Below, in pieces: positions 15,926-24,415 of a stretch of DNA of 31,527 nt; position 1 is the first letter of the stretch; the number at the start of each line of letters is the position of its first letter. The position numbers and the translations under genes were made by a program. Location of the stretch: IMG/VR virus record IMGVR_UViG_3300025540_000004; one strand, written 5' to 3'. This DNA comes from a virus. Under the pieces are notes generated by a model that was given only the letters and a program-made list of their open reading frames with translations, was not told the origin of the DNA and did no database searches.

Positions 15926-16461
15926 TATCCCCACCTCATTTTCTCATACTTCTTGAGGAAGGAAAGTAAAGCTGATGGATATCCGTCAGTGTTTTCGGTT
16001 GCCGTTACATCATAGTAAGTAGTACTCATACGACTGATGGTTTCTGACTTGATGCCAATCTTCCCAGACATCTTTTTGTCGTACTCAATTAGTTTCTTAA
16101 CACCGCGTTTTATATCTGGTGGGTACTTAACTAATGTGACCATTAAATTTTTATCGCCTAATTCTTCAATAAATGGCTCACCTTGAACTTTTATTGTGTT
16201 CTCGAGTATTTCATCCACAACAAATAAGCCATCGTTAAATGGCGAATAATTAACCTCTACGGTGTCGCCGATTCGAATTCCTTTAATAGGTTCTTTAGTA
16301 CGAATGGTGTTTGGCGCTTCGATAGAAACATGTTTAAACCGAACATATGTGTTTTGAAAATTATTGTTGGTTAACTCTCTTATACTAGATTCAAAGGCAT
16401 CTAGGTCATCTTGAGTGATATTTGGATTAATGGATTGTGCTTCTTCAAGAGTAATAATCAT
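15925..16461 (-). CDS. Head-tail connector-type protein.
   Basis: It is the first gene after the capsid terminator. The N-terminus LEEAQSINPNITQDDLDAFESSI resembles gp6-like connectors. Confidence 0.5.
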   Translation of the reverse strand: MIITLEEAQSINPNITQDDLDAFESSIRELTNNNFQNTYVRFKHVSIEAPNTIRTKEPIKGIRIGDTVEVNYSPFNDGLFVVDEILENTIKVQGEPFIEELGDKNLMVTLVKYPPDIKRGVKKLIEYDKKMSGKIGIKSETISRMSTTYYDVTATENTDGYPSALLSFLKKYEKMRWG

Positions 16462-16470
16462 TCCATCACC

Positions 16471-16509
16471 TCATTTCAAAAGAAAAAGAGGGATGTTGAT
16501 TATCCCTCT
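16471..16509 (-). terminator. Intrinsic terminator after the capsid module.
   Basis: The stem pairs agagggat (16487-16494) with atccctct (16502-16509). On the minus strand it is followed by TTTTTCTTTT. Confidence 0.75.
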
Positions 16510-16652
16510 TTCTTAGCTGGTTGTTTCTTAACCGTTGCTTTCTTATCTTCTTTTTCGACTTTTTTAAATCCCAACGCTTCTAATTGTCGCGCTTTCACCT
16601 CATTATCAGTATAACGAACAACATTTAAAAGCCTATACTCTGTCATTTCCAT
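16500..16652 (-). CDS. Small basic protein of 50 aa, MEMTEYRLLNVVRYTDNEVKARQLEALGFKKV...
   Basis: The ATG at 16652 has the SD AAGGAGG upstream. It lies directly after the capsid gene and falls below the ORF-track cut-off. Confidence 0.5.
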   Translation of the reverse strand: MEMTEYRLLNVVRYTDNEVKARQLEALGFKKVEKEDKKATVKKQPAKKEG

Positions 16653-16669
16653 GTAACACTTCCTCCTTC

Positions 16670-17590
16670 TTATGCCTCAGGAGCCGCAGGTTTTGTATTA
16701 ACAAAAATACTAGTTAATTTACTTGCCGGTACCCATAAATCATGATATTTGCGGTAGTCAATCTTCCAAGCATCTGCTTTTTGGTTAACATCTGGAGTAA
16801 ATGTACGAACCTTATCCGTTTTAGAAATAGCGATTGGCGCGTCCTCTGTGGAAATTAACCAGTTCACATCCAAAGCACCTGCAGCGTTTGTAAATCCACC
16901 TGCTTCTTGACCAGCTGTAGTCCCATCATTGAAGGTAAAAGCAGTTTTTAATAGTTTAGAAGGTGCCTTAACAATTGGATTGTCATTGAATGCATTTACC
17001 TGAGTAGACAGTTGTCCCTTTTGTAGCATAGCTTTTGAAATGTAATCTTTACCTGCTACACCTAAGAACCGGGCTAATAGAGGACTCATAGTAATAACGA
17101 CACGCTTAGCTCCAATTACATCCTCTAATGCCGCCAAGTCATTTAGCAATTCATCCACAATGTTGTTAACGGTAATGGCTACAGACCGTGTTTGTCCTGC
17201 ACCAATAGCTAAAGTAGCTAATTTGGAATAACGATAAGCATCGATTTCAGGCACCACTTGAACACGTTGGAATTCTCCCATTACAGTTCCAGCAGTTACA
17301 ACAAAGTTAGTCTCATCAACATCCATTGCATCGATAGAGAATGAACGACCACGGTCTTGAGTAAGCGTGTAGGTTTTCCATTCTAAAGTAACATCTCCAC
17401 CAACAAAACCATTAGTACGGTCATAGTCTGCTAGACCATCCATGACAATGTTTGGCAGTTTAACTTCATTACCACCGTTGTATTTTACTAGATTACTATT
17501 TAACTCCATCCATCCGGTAGTAGATTCTTGAACTACTTGTTTGTCCAATGATGGTTGGAAAATTTTACTATATTCTAATGTATTTGGCAT
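16670..17590 (-). CDS. Major capsid protein.
   Basis: The protein is 306 aa and follows the scaffold gene. It has a strong SD (GGGAGG) and a terminator downstream. Confidence 0.85.
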   Translation of the reverse strand: MPNTLEYSKIFQPSLDKQVVQESTTGWMELNSNLVKYNGGNEVKLPNIVMDGLADYDRTNGFVGGDVTLEWKTYTLTQDRGRSFSIDAMDVDETNFVVTAGTVMGEFQRVQVVPEIDAYRYSKLATLAIGAGQTRSVAITVNNIVDELLNDLAALEDVIGAKRVVITMSPLLARFLGVAGKDYISKAMLQKGQLSTQVNAFNDNPIVKAPSKLLKTAFTFNDGTTAGQEAGGFTNAAGALDVNWLISTEDAPIAISKTDKVRTFTPDVNQKADAWKIDYRKYHDLWVPASKLTSIFVNTKPAAPEA

Positions 17591-17609
17591 GTTGTATTTC
17601 CTCCCTTAA

Positions 17610-18191
17610 TTATTCATTCTTGATTCCTAGTGCAGCTTCAAATGCTGCTGTTGCCTCTGCAACTGGATCACTAGGTTTTCCATTATCCAGCTTGTTATCA
17701 ATTACTTGATATCCACCGGCAGGCTGTTGCTGTTGTTGTTGATTATCATCTGTTTTAGTCTCAAAGAATGTTGGATTGGCTTCTTTCAAAGCCTTAACCT
17801 TGTTTTCTAAGTCTTTGATGGTTCCGTCTTTGTCTATTTCGACATCGCCAAGTTTAAACAACATGTAATCAACATCTTTAGCCCCGGCTTTTGTCAAGGC
17901 TTCCTTCAATGCATAAGTTTTCTTCGTCTCAGCCGCTTCTTTTTCCAAATTCTGAATCTTAATTTCATAGTCTTTGATTTTTTGCTGTAAATCCTCATTG
18001 CTTTGGTTATTTTGCTTTAATTGATTAATCGTGTTGTTCGCTTCTTTAAGTTGATTGGCTTTGTCGTTATATTCACTTTTTGGCACCGCGTTTTTCGGAA
18101 ATTCAGTTTTAATTTCTGCCATGGCTTTCTCTATATCTACAGTTCCGTCTTCTTTGCGGTATTTGTCTAAAATTGATTTAATCCATTCCAT
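17610..18191 (-). CDS. Scaffolding protein (phage GP20-like).
   Basis: The protein is a helical coiled coil with a Gln run. The N-terminus MEWIKSILDKYRKEDGTVD resembles GP20-type scaffold proteins. The ATG at 18191 has the SD GGAGGA upstream. Confidence 0.8.
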   Translation of the reverse strand: MEWIKSILDKYRKEDGTVDIEKAMAEIKTEFPKNAVPKSEYNDKANQLKEANNTINQLKQNNQSNEDLQQKIKDYEIKIQNLEKEAAETKKTYALKEALTKAGAKDVDYMLFKLGDVEIDKDGTIKDLENKVKALKEANPTFFETKTDDNQQQQQQPAGGYQVIDNKLDNGKPSDPVAEATAAFEAALGIKNE

Positions 18192-18309
18192 TATGATTTC
18201 CTCCATATCCATAGCTTTTTATGCAGGTCGCTTCCTGCAGGGATTGATTGGTTATGCCTCCAATCTAGGCAAATTAAATAAGCCTTTTAATGTCATGCTT
18301 AGGACAAAT

Positions 18310-18498
18310 TTAAAAGCTTACTCTTTGTCCAGCAAATGATTGCCGGATTACTTGCTCTTCCTCTGTTTCTTCTTCTGGTTGTTGTTGTGCCTGTTGAAAC
18401 ACCAAAGGACCAACTACTTTCGGTTCATTTAGTTTCTGTAATTCCTGGCGAATCTTTTTCAGCTCATCAGCTATGGCTTTGGCATACTTATCATCCAT
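18310..18498 (-). CDS. Hypothetical protein, 62 aa.
   Basis: The SD GGAGGTG precedes the start. The gene lies between the MuF-like and scaffold genes. Confidence 0.6.
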   Translation of the reverse strand: MDDKYAKAIADELKKIRQELQKLNEPKVVGPLVFQQAQQQPEEETEEEQVIRQSFAGQRVSF

Positions 18499-18567
18499 GA
18501 GTTCACCTCCTTTTCCTAAAATAAAAGGATAATAGACATTTGTTTAAAAGAGATACAATTTTATGGT

Positions 18568-19482
18568 TCACACCTCAACCCCCTTGGATTTCGCCCAATC
18601 TTTATAATTCTTGTATTTATTAATTTCCTTTGTTTCATTGTCTTTTCTTAACTCTGGTGTAATTCCATTTACAATAGCAATGGTTGTACAACGGCAATTA
18701 ATATCTTCTTTCGCCACGCCAAACAAACGCGGTCCCTTTGCTTTATAACCATTAATTTTAAAATAACCGTTTATAGGTACTGTTTGTCCATCCAATTCCC
18801 TATGGTCATGTCTAGTTTTCTTATCAAACGTCGATAACCATTGTTTTTCTAACTTTACTCCGATTTTCTTTGCTTGCTCATATCCTCTTTGCTTGGCAGA
18901 TGATTGAGTGCGGCCACCTTCAGTTCTGGCAATTCTCAGGGCTTGTTTATATGTTGCCTCTGTATGTTCGTTCACACGCTTTGCGACCTTTTGGTAACCG
19001 TCACCTCGTAAATATGCCATCTGTAATTCATCAGTTACCTTCTTAGCAAGTTCATCACGTCGCTCATATAAACGTTCAGAGAACGTCATCCCATCAATTT
19101 TTTTAAATACCAATTCGTTAATATATTCATTGTCAAGTATTGGAAAATTTAACTGTAAACTTGCTGTTCCTTCCAATGCGTACCAAACACCATAATATCC
19201 GTTTTTGGCTTCTTTCTCGATAAATTCAAGGATAGCCTCCTGTACATCATTCGTTGTTTGAGACAAGATTTCGTCAATTGCTTCTGCAACAGCAAGAAGT
19301 CTTTCTGCTTCAAGTCGTCTAGAAAATGACAACATGTCATAATTATCGATATATGACTTTATCTGCTTTTTAATATCAATCAATGCACCCTTATAAAATT
19401 TAAACAGTTCACTATTCAATTCTTCATAGTTTTTTTCAGACAGTCGTTCCAGTTCCTGCTGCCACTTGTCCAATTGTGCCAT
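18568..19482 (-). CDS. Head morphogenesis or minor capsid protein (SPP1 gp7 / Mu F-like).
   Basis: The C-terminal motif reads ARTEGGRTQS...TFDKKTRHDHRELDGQ...CRC. The start is probably the ATG at 19482, with the SD AGGTGGTG upstream. Confidence 0.9.
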   Translation of the reverse strand: MAQLDKWQQELERLSEKNYEELNSELFKFYKGALIDIKKQIKSYIDNYDMLSFSRRLEAERLLAVAEAIDEILSQTTNDVQEAILEFIEKEAKNGYYGVWYALEGTASLQLNFPILDNEYINELVFKKIDGMTFSERLYERRDELAKKVTDELQMAYLRGDGYQKVAKRVNEHTEATYKQALRIARTEGGRTQSSAKQRGYEQAKKIGVKLEKQWLSTFDKKTRHDHRELDGQTVPINGYFKINGYKAKGPRLFGVAKEDINCRCTTIAIVNGITPELRKDNETKEINKYKNYKDWAKSKGVEV

Positions 19483-20941
19483 TCGGTTCACCACCTACTG
19501 GATCCGTGTTAGCTGCTAACCCCGGTGTATAATCCTGTTCATCGATAGCTTGCTGAACTTCTTCCCAATCCAATTCAAATTGCTCACAGATTAATTTAAG
19601 AACTGATTCGTCATCCAAACGAGCTGCAACACTTAAAATGGTTTCAATGATGACTTGTTTTGTTTCTGCTTCAATTTTGTCCTGTTCAACAAGGTCCTTT
19701 TCATTGACCATTGTTTCACGGACGATATTTACCGTAATGTCACTTGCTTTATATGCTGTTCCATAGCGGCGATTAATATCATCTACTATCATTTTATTGA
19801 TCCATTGGAGCATAGCCCGTAATCGAACCTCAGCTTTGTTACACTTCATGTCTAGCAAAGCGTAACGGCTCTTAATGACGACATTGGTAATATTGCCATC
19901 ACCAATTTGAGTGGAATCGAATCCCATGCCAAACTTATATATAGCGTTCTTGTCTATTTCTAATTTGGTTTTTCTCGCTTCGACCGGTATATCTACCGTC
20001 TGAATTTCAACACCGCCATCAGCTCCGGTACCAACAACTTTTTTTGCTTTGATGTTTTGTTTTAGCTTAGATAGATCATCACCCATAAAACCTTTAACCA
20101 CATATATGGCATCAGCAAAATCTTGTAGGTTATTAGATAAAAAGCACGCCATTAGATCATAGTCATCAATCAATGCCTTAATTGGCTCTAAATCTGTTTT
20201 CTCCTTACTGTTATTGGACAAACGATAAAAAGGGATCGTCCCATATGAACGCGATAAAAGTGTCCCATCACTCGCCTTTGCTATAACATGAGGGCGTGGG
20301 TTCATTTCCCTGCTTTCATCAAAAACGAATTGCTTTCCTTTTTCCATTTTGTAGAAGGTTACTTTTTCCTCATCCCAAACTTCTGCAATTGTGATGATTT
20401 CGTTTTTACCCTCTTTGTAAATATCTTTGTCATAGTAACGAACAATGGCTTTCAATTCGTTATTCTCATCATATATTGGAAAAGTACACAAGCTATCAGA
20501 TACCTGAAAACAAAGCCTGTCCTGTTCGTTTGTTCGAGCAAAGATATATTCATACCCTTTTTTGCTTGCTCCCTCGAGGGCTTCTTGTAAGAACACTTGA
20601 AAATCATCATCATAGTATTCTTCTAAATATGCTTTAAAGTTATCATCATCCACTTCTACCCCAACCGGATTCGATAGCAGATATTGGACTTTTTGGTCAA
20701 CTAACTCAGTAAAAAATGGATGTGGAATTTTAATGTTAGTAGCGTTTTTATCCTCTCGAACCACATCATTATCATCAATGTAAAAAATACGATTATTTAA
20801 GATATCATGCTTATATTCGTAGTAGCGTTCCCCTTCTCTTGCTTTTTCTTTAGCTGGAGATGTTTTATCTGCTTCAATTGCACTTTTTAATGCCTGTGCA
20901 ACGACTGCCGGACTGTCGCTTAATAAATTTTTGCTATCCAC
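19436..20941 (-). CDS. Portal protein (SPP1 gp6-like).
   Basis: The protein is 501 aa and follows TerL directly. Its features are typical of portal proteins. Confidence 0.9.
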   Translation of the reverse strand: MDSKNLLSDSPAVVAQALKSAIEADKTSPAKEKAREGERYYEYKHDILNNRIFYIDDNDVVREDKNATNIKIPHPFFTELVDQKVQYLLSNPVGVEVDDDNFKAYLEEYYDDDFQVFLQEALEGASKKGYEYIFARTNEQDRLCFQVSDSLCTFPIYDENNELKAIVRYYDKDIYKEGKNEIITIAEVWDEEKVTFYKMEKGKQFVFDESREMNPRPHVIAKASDGTLLSRSYGTIPFYRLSNNSKEKTDLEPIKALIDDYDLMACFLSNNLQDFADAIYVVKGFMGDDLSKLKQNIKAKKVVGTGADGGVEIQTVDIPVEARKTKLEIDKNAIYKFGMGFDSTQIGDGNITNVVIKSRYALLDMKCNKAEVRLRAMLQWINKMIVDDINRRYGTAYKASDITVNIVRETMVNEKDLVEQDKIEAETKQVIIETILSVAARLDDESVLKLICEQFELDWEEVQQAIDEQDYTPGLAANTDPVGGEPNGTIGQVAAGTGTTV

Positions 20942-20953
20942 ATTATCACCACC

Positions 20954-22198
20954 TTAATATAACCATTTACTTTGTTTCATCTCATCTTCTAAGCTATATC
21001 GTGTTGCGTCAATACTGTGATTATTTTTATCCGGGTAAGTTCCTTTCAAGTTTCCGTTACTGTCCTTTTCAATTTCGTAAGTACTAAATTCTCTCGCTGT
21101 ATTCGGGCAACGTTCAGGATCTATAATGATTTCGTTTAAGTCTTGTAAGAACTTTATACCATGTTCCACGCTTCCCGGCCCTTTCTTTGCTCCGGTTATT
21201 CTCAATCCTAAATCATTGAATTCGTTAATGGTTCTTGGCTCTGCGGAATCAGCCGTTATCCATCCATTTAACTTATTTATTTGCTTGATTTTTTCAACAG
21301 CTACACTATTTTTCAATCCAACTTGATGGATTTCCGCAAAAATAAAAAGCCGTTTCCGGGCTTTATCATAGTAATTCTCTGTATAATGTAACGGATCGGC
21401 AGCAAAACCAAAGTCAAGGCCTCTTCTGATTTTGTCAAACCTAGCAATCTCTTCATCTGTGATTCTTCTTTGTGTAACGTTAGTAAATACTTCGGCACCG
21501 GTACCCGTTATAATACCTAAATACTCATGCTCATATTTTTTCGGATTGGTTTTCTTTAAATGTTCAGCGTCGTTTATAAACTGTTCGCCTAGCCATTCTT
21601 TTGGCACTGTCCGATAGTCACTTGAATGTACTAACGTGTCTTTTCTTAATTTCTGCTGTTCAACTTCACTGTTAACCCAGTTATTTTGTGATTGTGGAGG
21701 GTTAAATGTGTAAAATACCTGAATATCAGGACCACCACGGACAAGTGTCTGGTTAATCGTTCGAATGTCCTGCATTCCTGTGAACTCATCAGCTTCTTCA
21801 TACCAAATAAACTTGGCATATCCTCGACGGAATTTACTGGACTTAACTTTTTTAGGCTTGTCTGCACCTTTGAATATTATTTTTTGACCTGTTGGCTTAT
21901 AAGTTATGCTTAAAGGATTGAGTGATTCATGCCATAGATGTGTAACTTGTAATTTATCAATGGCCCAAAGCATTTGCTCATAAACGGATTCACGAAGTGT
22001 TTCTTTGACTTTACGTAGTATAACCGCATTGGCATCCGGATCCGCCATCATTCCCATTATTATTTCAACAGAAACAAATGATGATTTAGTAGAGCCACGT
22101 CCACCTTTTAACCAGTAATGGCTGTATTCCTTATTACGTATTGAATGATGAACGTTATAAAATGATGGTGCTATTAATTTAGTTAATTTAACTGCCAT
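20954..22198 (-). CDS. terL: Terminase large subunit (PBSX-family type).
   Basis: A Walker A-like motif reads LKGGRGSTKS. The C-terminus is nuclease-like. The start is probably near 22198; the ORF track gives 22222. Confidence 0.95.
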   Translation of the reverse strand: MAVKLTKLIAPSFYNVHHSIRNKEYSHYWLKGGRGSTKSSFVSVEIIMGMMADPDANAVILRKVKETLRESVYEQMLWAIDKLQVTHLWHESLNPLSITYKPTGQKIIFKGADKPKKVKSSKFRRGYAKFIWYEEADEFTGMQDIRTINQTLVRGGPDIQVFYTFNPPQSQNNWVNSEVEQQKLRKDTLVHSSDYRTVPKEWLGEQFINDAEHLKKTNPKKYEHEYLGIITGTGAEVFTNVTQRRITDEEIARFDKIRRGLDFGFAADPLHYTENYYDKARKRLFIFAEIHQVGLKNSVAVEKIKQINKLNGWITADSAEPRTINEFNDLGLRITGAKKGPGSVEHGIKFLQDLNEIIIDPERCPNTAREFSTYEIEKDSNGNLKGTYPDKNNHSIDATRYSLEDEMKQSKWLY

Positions 22199-22700
22199 CA
22201 TCATCACTTCTAGGAATGTCATCTATAATCTGGACAACTCCAACATCACCAGATAACTCAATCTTATCCTTAAACATCCCTAAGTGTTTTCCAATCAACT
22301 CTAATGCTTTCATTTTATCGGTTAGTCTTATTTCTCTTTCTATACCATCACCGTTTTGCGTTGGAATGGTTTTTACTTTAACTGATTGAATAACCGCTAG
22401 GTCATCATCACTTGCATCTTCCCGTATAGTTGCATTGTCAGCGTCTATAACATCCGTCGCTTTCACAAATGCAATCCTTGCTAGTTCCTGTAAAACCCTA
22501 TCGGCATTTATTCCTGTGCGTTTAGAGCGTTCGGCCATTGCCTTACCAATGCGTGCACGAATTTCAGGTTTGTTCAGGTTTTCATTTCCAATCGAATATG
22601 CTGTATTTGGACTATAACCAGCTCTTATTGCTGCTTGTGTAGCGTTTAAATCGATTAAGTACTCTTCTACAAATCGTTTTTGTTTTGCTGTAAGTGCCAT
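22188..22700 (-). CDS. terS: Terminase small subunit.
   Basis: The motif LTAKQKRFVEEYLIDLNATQAAIRAGYS is typical of Terminase_2-type TerS. The ATG at 22700 has the SD GAGGTG upstream. Confidence 0.9.
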   Translation of the reverse strand: MALTAKQKRFVEEYLIDLNATQAAIRAGYSPNTAYSIGNENLNKPEIRARIGKAMAERSKRTGINADRVLQELARIAFVKATDVIDADNATIREDASDDDLAVIQSVKVKTIPTQNGDGIEREIRLTDKMKALELIGKHLGMFKDKIELSGDVGVVQIIDDIPRSDDDGS

Positions 22701-22716
22701 CTTTATCACCTCACTT

Positions 22717-22754
22717 TATTAAAAATAATAAAAACACCTAATAATTTTTAGGTG
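22717..22754 (-). terminator. Intrinsic terminator immediately upstream of the terS SD.
   Basis: On the minus strand the hairpin is CACCTAA-AAATTA-TTAGGTG (22754-22735). It is followed by TTTTTATTATTTTT. Confidence 0.7.
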
Positions 22755-22811
22755 CTTTAAAATAATCCGTTCATATATGGGGAAAACTTCCTCCCCGTCC
22801 TGCCTACCATT

Positions 22812-23264
22812 TTAACATGCCGATTTTCGATTTTGGAAATTCGTCCCATCTGTGCCATTTGTGCCATTTGTATCAGCTAATTGTTCAACAATAGAATCCC
22901 TGAGTCTTTTGATATGAGAAGAAGAAAAACCCATATGTTGACCAATCCAGCGATAACTTTTTCCCTCGAGTAACCAATATAGGACTTCACTTTCACGTTC
23001 ATCTTTTATACGTTCTATACGGTCTTGAATAATTTTAATTTCTCTTTCATAACGTTCAATCTTCTTCCAACGCTTACTACGTCGAACAACTTCTTGAAAT
23101 ACCGGGTCACCACTCTGCCCATGTGCTTTTGGCAAAGAGGCTTCAATTCCATATTTTGCCGATAAATTTCCGCCTATTTGTTTAAGTGCTTCCCGTTCTA
23201 ATTTGATACTATTCAACATCCAGTGGTAATTCTTTAGTATCTCCTCAATTTCTTTTTTATTCAT
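22812..23264 (-). CDS. ArpU/RinA-like late transcriptional regulator.
   Basis: A C-terminal sigma region-4-like HTH reads EVLYWLLEGKSYRWIGQHMGFSSSHIKRLRDSI. The gene lies just upstream of the terminase genes. Confidence 0.75.
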   Translation of the reverse strand: MNKKEIEEILKNYHWMLNSIKLEREALKQIGGNLSAKYGIEASLPKAHGQSGDPVFQEVVRRSKRWKKIERYEREIKIIQDRIERIKDERESEVLYWLLEGKSYRWIGQHMGFSSSHIKRLRDSIVEQLADTNGTNGTDGTNFQNRKSAC

Positions 23265-23404
23265 CAGCTCCGACCCTCCTCTGCCTTTTTATCCGCAACC
23301 CAACCAAAACCCTTCACACAACGTTTAAAAGGGCAAAACGAGCCGTTTTTGAGCCAAATACACCCCTTGCAGTAGCTTGTTTTATATAAAAGTTTCTTCC
23401 GCAT
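23264..23404 (-). CDS. Cys-rich small protein of 46 aa, MRKKLLYKTSYCKGCIWLKNGSFCPFKRCVKG...
   Basis: The ATG at 23404 has the SD AAAGGAG upstream. Its TGA overlaps the ATG of the ArpU-like gene (TGATG). It has four Cys residues, arranged CxxC...CxxxxC. Confidence 0.5.
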   Translation of the reverse strand: MRKKLLYKTSYCKGCIWLKNGSFCPFKRCVKGFGWVADKKAEEGRS

Positions 23405-23417
23405 ATTTTTACTCCTT

Positions 23418-23478
23418 TCGTACAAAATAAAAACGGACACAAACTCATCACGAATAATCGCAACAAGAATGTGTCCGT
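23418..23478 (-). terminator. Long intrinsic terminator ending the early region.
   Basis: The outer 9-bp stem pairs 23433-23441 with 23470-23478. An inner stem is rich in G.U pairs, which form only on the minus strand. TTTTTATTTT follows. Confidence 0.75.
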
Positions 23479-23501
23479 CCGTTCTTCGGTAGGGACAAAA
23501 T

Positions 23502-23669
23502 TTATTTATGGTATTTGCTAAGAATAGTTGCTTTATCAGTTTCTAAAGCATGTGGATGAATCAGTTTAGCAGGCACAGTACAAACGAAGTTCCAACCATC
23601 ATTTAACGCATTTTCTATCATTACTTCATCAACATATCCATTTGTAATAACATATTTTAATTCAATCAT
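23502..23669 (-). CDS. Small hypothetical protein of 55 aa, MIELKYVITNGYVDEV...
   Basis: The ATG overlaps the upstream stop (TAATG). The terminator lies directly downstream. Confidence 0.45.
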   Translation of the reverse strand: MIELKYVITNGYVDEVMIENALNDGWNFVCTVPAKLIHPHALETDKATILSKYHK

Positions 23670-23860
23670 TAAACCCTCACCCTCTCACTCCGAATAAAAT
23701 CTAACACTTGTCCATTTTTCCAGATGATTTTGTCTTCACCATATTCTATTGCTTCTACTTTCGTTATCTTTCCATCCTTCACGATATATAAAGAGTTTTC
23801 CGTGAGACTGATTTCTGCTATCATGTTTTCTGTATCTATTTTCAACCGAACCACTCCCAT
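23669..23860 (-). CDS. Hypothetical protein. The start may be the TTG at 23845.
   Basis: This is an ORF-track ORF. No SD precedes the ATG at 23860. GGAG lies 8 nt before the TTG at 23845. Confidence 0.5.
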   Translation of the reverse strand: MGVVRLKIDTENMIAEISLTENSLYIVKDGKITKVEAIEYGEDKIIWKNGQVLDFIRSERVRV

Positions 23861-23887
23861 GTTAAAATAAAACTATCGAGTACATTC

Positions 23888-23911
23888 GCCGGGAGTGGTC
23901 CTGGCTTTTTT
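23888..23911 (+). terminator. Plus-strand terminator-like hairpin.
   Basis: The stem pairs gccggg (23888-23893) with cctggc (23900-23905). It contains one G.U pair that becomes a C.A mismatch on the minus strand. A T6 run follows. Confidence 0.4.
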
Positions 23912-23982
23912 AAATCAATTCTTCTGCTTTTGCCAACCGCTCTTTCCACTCTTGTAAGTCTTGTTTATTTGTTTTCACGTTC

Positions 23983-24150
23983 TCACTCCTCACTTCTTAT
24001 TTTCGGTATTTCCGGTCCGCCTAGCCGTTTGCAATCGCGCCCAAACTTGCTACTACATTTTCTATACAGCGGGCAAAACCAAGCGCATGTCATTAGCTTA
24101 TCTTCCTCTTTCATCCACGGTTTCCGGTCATCTACAATAACAACATTCAT
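23983..24150 (-). CDS. Cys-rich small protein of 55 aa, MNVVIVDDRKPWMKEEDKLMTCAWFCPLYRKCSSKFGRDCKRLGG...
   Basis: The ATG is at 24150 and the stop TGA at 23985-23983. It has four Cys residues and falls below the ORF-track cut-off. Confidence 0.4.
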   Translation of the reverse strand: MNVVIVDDRKPWMKEEDKLMTCAWFCPLYRKCSSKFGRDCKRLGGPEIPKIRSEE

Positions 24151-24159
24151 CCCCTAGCC

Positions 24160-24414
24160 CTACTTTCGTGTAAGTTGATTGATTTCTTCATTCAACCTTT
24201 TGATTTCTTGCTCTGCCTTGTACAGCAGGTTCTCTAAAATTGCGTTATATGCTATTGCTTGGTCTTTTGTCTTAAGTGCGATTTCTAACTGCTCTTTCAA
24301 TGCCTCATATCGCTTTGTTATTGGCTCATTTTGCCCGATTAAGCTTGTCTGGGTATTATTTATCTCTGAAACTTTCAAAACGTCAAACGAGCCATTTTTA
24401 AGGACTGACGACAT
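24160..24414 (-). CDS. Coiled-coil hypothetical protein, 84 aa.
   Basis: This is an ORF-track ORF, tightly packed against its neighbours. Confidence 0.6.
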   Translation of the reverse strand: MSSVLKNGSFDVLKVSEINNTQTSLIGQNEPITKRYEALKEQLEIALKTKDQAIAYNAILENLLYKAEQEIKRLNEEINQLTRK

Positions 24415-24415
24415 A

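Noticed and set aside
18222-18239. The palindromic hairpin tgcagg-tcgctt-cctgca between the 62-aa ORF and the scaffold gene.
   Set aside because: No U-tract follows on either strand. It is too short to interpret beyond a possible mRNA structure.
22842-22877. A 9-bp tandem repeat (tgtgccatt, two perfect copies and degenerate flanks) encoding TNGTNGTDGTN at the C-terminus of the ArpU-like protein.
   Set aside because: It is short and in frame, consistent with a low-complexity tail. There is no evidence of phase variation.
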